A stretch of 64,000 nucleotides of DNA from an uncultured virus (IMG/VR IMGVR_UViG_3300031813_000014) (Duplodnaviria; Heunggongvirae; Uroviricota; Caudoviricetes), in the IMG/VR virus record IMGVR_UViG_3300031813_000014; one strand, given 5' to 3'. The position numbers and the translations under genes are program-made. The notes under the pieces are model-generated. The model did no database searches, was not told the DNA's origin, and saw only the letters and a list, made by a program, of their open reading frames with translations. Shown here piece after piece: positions 57,276 through 64,000 of the stretch (positions within the stretch are counted from its first letter, which is position 1; every line of letters begins with the position of its first letter).

Positions 57276-58361
57276 ATGCCAACGATTATTACCGCCGGAA
57301 ACGCTGCAGCAAGAGGATATGGGTTTGCAGGCGCCGCTGCCGTTGTACCGGGCCTGTTTACTTTTACAAATTTTTCAGCTGTGAACGGTAGTGGTACCGT
57401 CAACTATTTGTGCGGTATTAGCTATAACCCATATTATGGTAGATGGGTTATTGGCGGTCGAAGTAGCGGTAATTTACCTTCATGGGCTGGTTCGGCTGAC
57501 GGTGTTACTTGGACAACACCTGCAACTGTTGGGTCTGTTCAGTTACCCAACATGACTGGCGTTAGCCAAAACTCCAGTACAACTACTAATTACATGGCAG
57601 TTTTTGGAGCTACTGCTACGGGTACTGGGGAATACATATATACAAGTAATGGCGGAACAAGTTTTGTAGCATCATCATCTATTATTTCTAACGCTTTTTT
57701 AGTTACACCAACGGTTGCTACTAATTCTGCTTCTGGATCGGGTTTTGTAGGTCGTGGTAGTTCTAACGGGCTGCCATACTTTGTTCAAAGTGGATTCAGT
57801 GGCACTGCTGGAAGCTGGGCAGCTATCTCGTCGACCGCGTACACATTTAATTGTGGAACACCCACAAGTACTCGTGGAAGTATATTTTATGGAAACAGCC
57901 CATCAACGGGTTATGTGTATTACACGCAAACAACTCTCTATTCCACATTTACTGCGCCTGCGATAATAAACTCAAATACCGCAGTGGCTCCTATGGTAGC
58001 CGCAACAAATAATGGATACTCAAGTGGTACCCAAATGGCAATCTCGTCTAACGGCTATGTTGTAAGTGTGGGTGCTTCTGGCGGTTTCAGCGGTCCAACA
58101 TTAGCACTTCCTAGCGGTGTTACTTGGTCTAAACTTGTTTATTGCAGCGTTTCTGGCACTGGGTATTGGGTGGCTATTGGGATAAATTCTAGTAGTTATC
58201 CTGTATATAGCTATTCAAGTAACACGGGTTCTACTTGGTCCGCTGCCGTTGTTGTGCAAGCTACCAACACTGTGACTGTTACTGGGGCTGCATCAGATGG
58301 TTCAAAAATAGTTATAGTTGGATATAATTCTAGCGGTATACCTGTATATTCACATTCATAA
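57276..58361 (+). CDS. Tail fibre-associated beta-propeller (BNR/Asp-box) protein
   Basis: SADGVTW, TSNGGTSF, SSNTGSTW Asp-box motifs. Confidence 0.6.
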   Translation: MPTIITAGNAAARGYGFAGAAAVVPGLFTFTNFSAVNGSGTVNYLCGISYNPYYGRWVIGGRSSGNLPSWAGSADGVTWTTPATVGSVQLPNMTGVSQNSSTTTNYMAVFGATATGTGEYIYTSNGGTSFVASSSIISNAFLVTPTVATNSASGSGFVGRGSSNGLPYFVQSGFSGTAGSWAAISSTAYTFNCGTPTSTRGSIFYGNSPSTGYVYYTQTTLYSTFTAPAIINSNTAVAPMVAATNNGYSSGTQMAISSNGYVVSVGASGGFSGPTLALPSGVTWSKLVYCSVSGTGYWVAIGINSSSYPVYSYSSNTGSTWSAAVVVQATNTVTVTGAASDGSKIVIVGYNSSGIPVYSHS

Positions 58362-58376
58362 ATAGGAGGTACGTAA

Positions 58377-61300
58377 ATGTTCGGCACCTCCGCATTCGCC
58401 CAAACGCCGTTTGCGGCATTAGTAAAAACAAGTACTAACTACGCTCTTAGTATTTCGGAGGACGCTGGTTGGTCTGAATCTGAAACGGGAACGTTTAGTC
58501 TTTTATTTAGCACATCAGAGGATGCTGGTTGGGCTGAAACCGAGTCAGGCGCATTTAGTTTTTTATTTAGTACTTCAGAAAACGCTGGCTGGGCTGAATC
58601 TGAAACGGGAACGTTTAGTCTTTTATTTAGCACATCAGAGAACGCTGGTTGGGCTGAAACAGATTCAGCTTCTGCAAACTTTCCGCTCAGCAAATCCGAA
58701 GATGCTGGCTGGGCTGAAACAGATTTAGCAACAGCTAATTTCCCGCTAAGCAGATCTGAGGATGCAAGTTGGGCTGAAACGGATTCGGCTGCGTTTGTTT
58801 TTTCTTTTAGTGTTTTTGAAAATACAAATTGGGCGGAGTCAGAATCTGCAAGTATTAGTTTTAGGTTTAGTACAACAGAAGATGCTGGTTGGGCCGACGC
58901 TGAATCTGTCGCGGAAATATTTTCTGTATCTGTATCAGAGAATGTTGGCTGGGCTGAATCTGAATTTATATCAGAAGTATTCTTTGTATCTATATCAGAG
59001 AATGCGGGATGGGACGATACCCGAGTTATTTCGGAAGCGTTCTCTTTGTCTGTATCAGAAAGCGTTGGTTGGATTGATTCAGAATCTGCAAGTATTAGCT
59101 TTGTATTTAGTACATCAGAAGATGTTAGCTGGGCTGATACTAAATCTTTAATCGAAGCTTATTTTGTATCTATATCAGAAAATACTGGTTGGGCTGATTC
59201 TGAGTCTTTAGCCGCTGAGTTTTCTGAATCTATTTCAGAAGATGCTAGCTGGGCTGATTCTGAAACCAATACTGCAACGTTAAGTGTATCAATCTCAGAA
59301 CCCACAAATTGGGCTGAATCAGATTCCGCAACGGCTAACTTCCCACTAAGCAGGTCTGAAAACACGGGTTGGGCTGAGTCTGAGTCTTTTACAATTTATT
59401 TTTCAGCGTCTGTATCTGAAGACGTTGCTTGGGCTGATTCTAATTCTGCTGGCAACAGTATTGCCTTAAGTATTTCCGAAGACGCAAATTGGGCTGAATC
59501 GGAAACCATAACCGCTTCGTTTGCAGCGTCTGTATCTGAAGACGTTGCTTGGGCTGAAGCTGCAACAACATTTGCTGTTATTCTATTCACAGCAGCTGAA
59601 GATGTTGGATTTATAGCTTCAAATTCATTCCAAGAGCTTTTACAGTTTTTTATTACTGAGGGGTTGCAAGTAGATGACTCAGAGTCAAATACTGCATCGC
59701 TTAATGTATCAATCTCGGAAGACAGTCAATATAGCGACTCGGAGTCTAGTAGCAATCAATTCACTGCTTCAATCACTGAAGACCAACAGTTTGCAGATTT
59801 TTCATCGCTTCAGTTCCTGTATTTCCTTAGTGTTACTGAAGATCAACAGTACAACAATTCTGAGTCTAATACTGCAAACCTCAATGTATCAATCACTGAA
59901 GACCAACAACTCGCAGATTTTTCAGCGCTTCAGTTCCTGTATTTCTTCAGCATCACTGAGGCCAATCAATTAGCTGAGACTGAAGCTAATATAAACACAT
60001 TCCCATTTTCAATCACTGAAGACCAACAGTTTGCAGATTTTTCAACGCTGCAATTCTTGTACTTCCTCAGTATTACTGAAGACCAACAATACAACAATAC
60101 TGAGTCAAATGCAGTCGCATATAGCGCTTCAATTGTTGAAGCTCAACAACTCGCAGATTTTTCAGCTCTTAACTTCTTGTATTTCCTTAGCATTACTGAG
60201 GACAACCAACTAGCTGAAACCGAGTTCAACATTAGTTTCTACACCGATTCAATTACTGAAGACCAACAGTTTGCAGAAACCGACGTAATTAATTCTTTGT
60301 ATTTTCTTAGTGTTACAGAAAATGCTCAATGGGCAGATGCTGAAGACGTGCTTGGGGAATTCAACGTTTCAATTTCTGAGGACAGCCAATATAACGATAA
60401 TTCGTCTACATCAAACGCTTTTGTAGCTTCTATTACTGAAAACAACCAACCCGCAGAATTTTCAGCTCTTCAGTTTTTATACTTCTTAAGTATTACTGAA
60501 GATAATGAATTAGCGGATGCAGAATCAAACACTGCAACACTAAACGTATCAGTATCTGAAAATACCCAACTAGCTGACACAGAAAGCGTTCTTGGTGAAT
60601 TTTATGTTTCTGTTTTTGAGGATGCTCAGTATGCAGATACTGAATCTAATAACGCGACGCTTGATTTGTCGATTACTGAAGACCAACAGTTCACAGATTT
60701 CTCGGCCCTTCAGTTTTTGTACTTCTTAAGTATTATTGAAGACAACCAATTGGCGGATTCGGAGTCAAATACTGCCACCCTTAATTTGTCAATCACTGAA
60801 GACACCAAATGGGGAGACACAGTATTTGTTTCTGCTGGATTTGCCGGTTCCGTTACAGAAGGCCAACAATTTGCTGAATCTTCAGACCTGCACTTTATAT
60901 ACTATTTGAGTGTTAGCGAAGATGCCCAGTACGCAGATACAAATGCGACAAGGTGGGACTGGGTTAATTCAATCGAAGAATCGTACAATATTTATGATGC
61001 GCCGTTATACTTAAATTTAGCTGCAATTGCGAGCATAACTGAAAACGCTGGGTGGGCTGAGACTGAATCAAATTTAACTAAATTCTATGCTAATGTAACA
61101 GAAACCATTACACTTGCAGATGTTTTAAGTTTGATTGTAATTTGGAACGTCACAGATGGCATGTCCATGGGTGATGCTGTTTTCATATCGGTTGCAACAG
61201 CGCTTTCGATTGTTGAAGATTTTCAATCAATTGAGACAATGGATGAGACAGGCTTTGGGACAGTGGTGAACGTGCAAAACGCTGATTGGCCTACAGGTAA

Positions 61301-61439
61301 TGGTGGCGCGCCATCCCAGTCTGCTGGTTGGCCTACAGGTGGCGGCGGTGCGCCAGCTCAATCTGCTGGTTGGCCTGATACTTTTGGTGGAGCGCCTGCG
61401 CAGTCAGCAGGATGGCAAGCGGTTAACAACAGTACTTAG
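58377..61439 (+). CDS. Highly acidic 20-aa-repeat virion protein
   Basis: MFGTSAFAQTPFA start, then tandem 20-aa units (S.SEDAGWAE.E, later SITEDQQ.AD), then WPTGGGGAPAQSAG-type repeats. Confidence 0.8.
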   Translation: MFGTSAFAQTPFAALVKTSTNYALSISEDAGWSESETGTFSLLFSTSEDAGWAETESGAFSFLFSTSENAGWAESETGTFSLLFSTSENAGWAETDSASANFPLSKSEDAGWAETDLATANFPLSRSEDASWAETDSAAFVFSFSVFENTNWAESESASISFRFSTTEDAGWADAESVAEIFSVSVSENVGWAESEFISEVFFVSISENAGWDDTRVISEAFSLSVSESVGWIDSESASISFVFSTSEDVSWADTKSLIEAYFVSISENTGWADSESLAAEFSESISEDASWADSETNTATLSVSISEPTNWAESDSATANFPLSRSENTGWAESESFTIYFSASVSEDVAWADSNSAGNSIALSISEDANWAESETITASFAASVSEDVAWAEAATTFAVILFTAAEDVGFIASNSFQELLQFFITEGLQVDDSESNTASLNVSISEDSQYSDSESSSNQFTASITEDQQFADFSSLQFLYFLSVTEDQQYNNSESNTANLNVSITEDQQLADFSALQFLYFFSITEANQLAETEANINTFPFSITEDQQFADFSTLQFLYFLSITEDQQYNNTESNAVAYSASIVEAQQLADFSALNFLYFLSITEDNQLAETEFNISFYTDSITEDQQFAETDVINSLYFLSVTENAQWADAEDVLGEFNVSISEDSQYNDNSSTSNAFVASITENNQPAEFSALQFLYFLSITEDNELADAESNTATLNVSVSENTQLADTESVLGEFYVSVFEDAQYADTESNNATLDLSITEDQQFTDFSALQFLYFLSIIEDNQLADSESNTATLNLSITEDTKWGDTVFVSAGFAGSVTEGQQFAESSDLHFIYYLSVSEDAQYADTNATRWDWVNSIEESYNIYDAPLYLNLAAIASITENAGWAETESNLTKFYANVTETITLADVLSLIVIWNVTDGMSMGDAVFISVATALSIVEDFQSIETMDETGFGTVVNVQNADWPTGNGGAPSQSAGWPTGGGGAPAQSAGWPDTFGGAPAQSAGWQAVNNST

Positions 61440-61451
61440 TAAGGGGAAAAA

Positions 61452-63317
61452 ATGTCAAGTACATATTCACAAGATCTTAGAATTCAGTTAATGGGTACTG
61501 GGGACCAGGCTGGAACCTGGGGTGCAACCACAAACAATAACTTTCAGTATATCTTAGAACAGGCGATTGCTGGTTACCAACAAGTATCAATTACTTCAAG
61601 TAATCAAGTTCTAACTTACTTGAATGGTGCTTCAAGCACTGCGTCACAAAATCAATCCATCTATGCTGCACTTCAATTAATTGGAGCAACAGGCGCCTTT
61701 AATGTATTTACTCCTAACTCTGCAACCAAGTTGTACATTTTTAATAATGCAACGTCTTATGCAGCAACCATAGCTGTTAGCTCTTCTGGGTCCCCAACAA
61801 CTCCTGCTGGTACTACGATAACTATACCTGCTGGCCTCACAGCAGCAGTGTATACCGACGGTACCAATTTTTACACTCAACATAATTATCTGCCCGGTAA
61901 TGTATCAGTTGGCGGTGTGGCTAGCGCTACTTCTTTTAGTGGGGCTGGTACTGGGCTGACTGGTACAGCTGCATCGTTGAGTATTGGTGGTAACGCAGCC
62001 ACTGCAACAACAGCAACTTCTGTAGCCAATCTTTCTGGCGGCGCTGCGGGTGAAGTTCTTTATCAATCAGCTGCTAATACAACAGCATTTACAACGGTTG
62101 GTACTAATGGACAGGTTTTAGCTTCGGCTGGCGCTGGCACTCCATATTGGACAACCAACATAAGCGGTAACGCAACTAATGTTACCGGTACTGTAGCAAT
62201 TGCTAATGGCGGTACAGGTCAAATAACTGCAACTGCAGCTTTCACTGCATTATCCCCGATAACCACAAATGGTGATTTGATTATTGGTAACGTTTCAAAC
62301 GTACCAGCCAGATTGCCAATTGGTGCAAACGGTTATGTATTAACCTCCAACGGAACTACAGCAAGTTGGCAGCCTTCTAGTACAGGCGGCACTGTGCCAA
62401 TATCTCTTGGCGGTACAGGCCAAACAACCGCAACTGCAGCTTTTAATGCGCTTTCTCCCATCACCACAATAGGCGATTTAATTATTGGAAACAACACCAA
62501 TAGTGCGGGTAGACTTGCTATTGGTGCCAGTGGTTATGTGTTAACTTCAAACGGAAGCAGCGCAACTTGGCAGCCAGTCAGCGTAAGCGGAACCGTACCA
62601 ATATCTAACGGTGGTACAGGTCAAACAACTGCTTCAGCAGGTTTTAATGCGCTTTCCCCAATCACTACAACAGGTGATTTGATTATTGGAAATGGAACCA
62701 ATAGCGCCACAAGGCTTGGAATTGGTACAAATGGGTACGTACTAACATCTAATGGAAGCACTGCAACTTGGCAACCATCTTCTGGCGGTGGTGGTGGTGT
62801 AACTTATTTCAGTGCAGGAACCACAGGGTTTACACCTAATTCTTCTACTTCAGGTTCTGTAACGCTTGCAGGCACTTTAAATGTTGCTAACGGTGGTACT
62901 GGATTAACTTCAACCCCTGTAAACGGCGCTATCGACATTGGTAACGGTACGGGATTTACACGTACTACGTTAACGGCTGGTGCAAATGTAACCATTACAA
63001 ACGGCGCAGGTTCCATCACAATTGCAGCGTCAGGTAGTGGCGGCGGCGGTGTGCCATCGGTTACAGGTACTGCAAATCAAGTTCTTGTTAACGGTGGTTC
63101 CGGCACAGCCGTTACCACTGCGGCTACATTAACTTTAGCTTCTACCATAAACGTTAATACGACTGGTAATGCTGCTGGTGTTTCAAGCGGCAGCTGGACT
63201 ATTAGCATAAGTGGTACGAAAATATATTTTGCTTACGGCGGAACTAATAAAGGTTCGCTGGATTCTTCTGGCAACTTTATTGTGACTGGTAACGTAACAG
63301 CATACGGAACACCATAA
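61452..63317 (+). CDS. Tail fibre protein
   Basis: MSSTYS..L...GTWG.TTN.N anchor, three PIxxGGTG modules, C-terminal GNFIVTGNVTAYG. Confidence 0.8.
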   Translation: MSSTYSQDLRIQLMGTGDQAGTWGATTNNNFQYILEQAIAGYQQVSITSSNQVLTYLNGASSTASQNQSIYAALQLIGATGAFNVFTPNSATKLYIFNNATSYAATIAVSSSGSPTTPAGTTITIPAGLTAAVYTDGTNFYTQHNYLPGNVSVGGVASATSFSGAGTGLTGTAASLSIGGNAATATTATSVANLSGGAAGEVLYQSAANTTAFTTVGTNGQVLASAGAGTPYWTTNISGNATNVTGTVAIANGGTGQITATAAFTALSPITTNGDLIIGNVSNVPARLPIGANGYVLTSNGTTASWQPSSTGGTVPISLGGTGQTTATAAFNALSPITTIGDLIIGNNTNSAGRLAIGASGYVLTSNGSSATWQPVSVSGTVPISNGGTGQTTASAGFNALSPITTTGDLIIGNGTNSATRLGIGTNGYVLTSNGSTATWQPSSGGGGGVTYFSAGTTGFTPNSSTSGSVTLAGTLNVANGGTGLTSTPVNGAIDIGNGTGFTRTTLTAGANVTITNGAGSITIAASGSGGGGVPSVTGTANQVLVNGGSGTAVTTAATLTLASTINVNTTGNAAGVSSGSWTISISGTKIYFAYGGTNKGSLDSSGNFIVTGNVTAYGTP

Positions 63318-63325
63318 GGATTACT

Positions 63326-64000
63326 ATGACACTACCAAGTTACGGAGTCTCTTTGGGGATGCAACAAATTGCTAACGAGTTTAGCAGTGGTACTGTGTAC
63401 CCAATGAATCAATATTATGCTGGTGGTAGTTATGTACCTTCAGGTACAAACGGTTACCCAAGCGGTGGCTCAGCTACCCCAATACCAACAAGCGGAACGA
63501 TCACCATAAATAATTTTTATGGGTCGGCAAAAAGCACTGCTGTTCGTTGGGAGTATGCATTTGAAGGTATAACAGGCGCTGATAGCTACTACAACACCAT
63601 TAACACTGTTGGGGTTGACACTACTGGTAACTCATATGCGACAGGATTTGCTGCTGGAAATACCTCAAGTAATAATATTTCAGGTTTGTGGGTAAAGATT
63701 TCACCTTCGGGGTCCATACTCGCTGCTAATAGGCTGACAAGTGCTCAGAATTACCAAGTGGTTGCGGGGGCAACTGCGCCTTCTGGTAATACTTATGTGG
63801 CTATGGCCCAATCAGTTACTTATGCTGGTAATACCTACATACTTAAAATTGATTCTAGCGGTAACATTGTGTGGGAATATTCAATTATTAATAACCAGCC
63901 TCAATTTTTAGGCTTTGTAGTTGCACCATCGTCAGAAAATATTTATTTTTTGACATTTAACACAGTGCCGTTGTCTATATTTTTAACTAAAGTAAATAGT
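63326..64000 (+). CDS. Tail fibre tip adhesin, truncated by window end
   Basis: Not in ORF track. AAGGA RBS, MTLPSYG.SL...I.NEF...YYAGG...IPTSGTI....FYG attachment domain, then beta-propeller-like VDTTGNSYATG. Confidence 0.7.
   Translation, partial: MTLPSYGVSLGMQQIANEFSSGTVYPMNQYYAGGSYVPSGTNGYPSGGSATPIPTSGTITINNFYGSAKSTAVRWEYAFEGITGADSYYNTINTVGVDTTGNSYATGFAAGNTSSNNISGLWVKISPSGSILAANRLTSAQNYQVVAGATAPSGNTYVAMAQSVTYAGNTYILKIDSSGNIVWEYSIINNQPQFLGFVVAPSSENIYFLTFNTVPLSIFLTKVNS

Noticed and set aside
349..63019. Many short ORF-track entries antisense to or nested in long genes (e.g. 46924-47535, 49694-50209, 7141-7590, 35614-36066)
   Set aside because: Shadow ORFs with no RBS or motifs that conflict with the clear strand blocks.
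55270..64000. Diversity-generating retroelement or invertible tail locus
   Set aside because: No reverse transcriptase or invertase is seen, and repeat differences are not adenine-specific. The part of the genome outside the window is unseen.
1..64000. tRNA, rRNA, integrase or transposase
   Set aside because: None recognised by eye. tRNAscan-SE and HMM searches would be needed to exclude them formally.

Overview
The window is most of the genome of a tailed dsDNA phage. It looks podovirus-like: it has P22-style ejection proteins and no tape-measure or sheath gene was seen. It opens in the 3' end of a GH19 endolysin and ends inside a tail adhesin gene. Plus-strand late genes occupy 39105-64000 and 1-16766: terminase, portal, GroES, scaffold, major capsid, small basic proteins, adaptors, tail fibres, three ejection proteins and a 2883-aa polyvalent protein. 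Minus-strand early and replication genes occupy 16846-38711: primase-helicase, SNF2 helicase, PD-(D/E)XK nuclease, PolA, VRR-NUC, DUF3310, and an AAA + metallopeptidase/VWA module. No integrase, reverse transcriptase, tRNA or CRISPR array was seen. Four signals stand out. (1) A 14-bp dyad, CTGACATTTGTCAG, occurs 11 times (10 exact, co-oriented, plus 1 variant). It is confined to the ~10-kb early unit, sits at gene junctions, often supplies the stop or start codon, and is part of a thrice-repeated promoter-hairpin-dyad-RBS cassette. (2) A recurrent [FYM]xxGG peptide motif is shared by the ejection proteins and the small basic late proteins. (3) A replication-region protein ends in a copy of the scaffold's C-terminal motif. 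(4) A non-coding iteron/IHF region looks like an origin. All product calls come from motif recognition by eye, not database searches.
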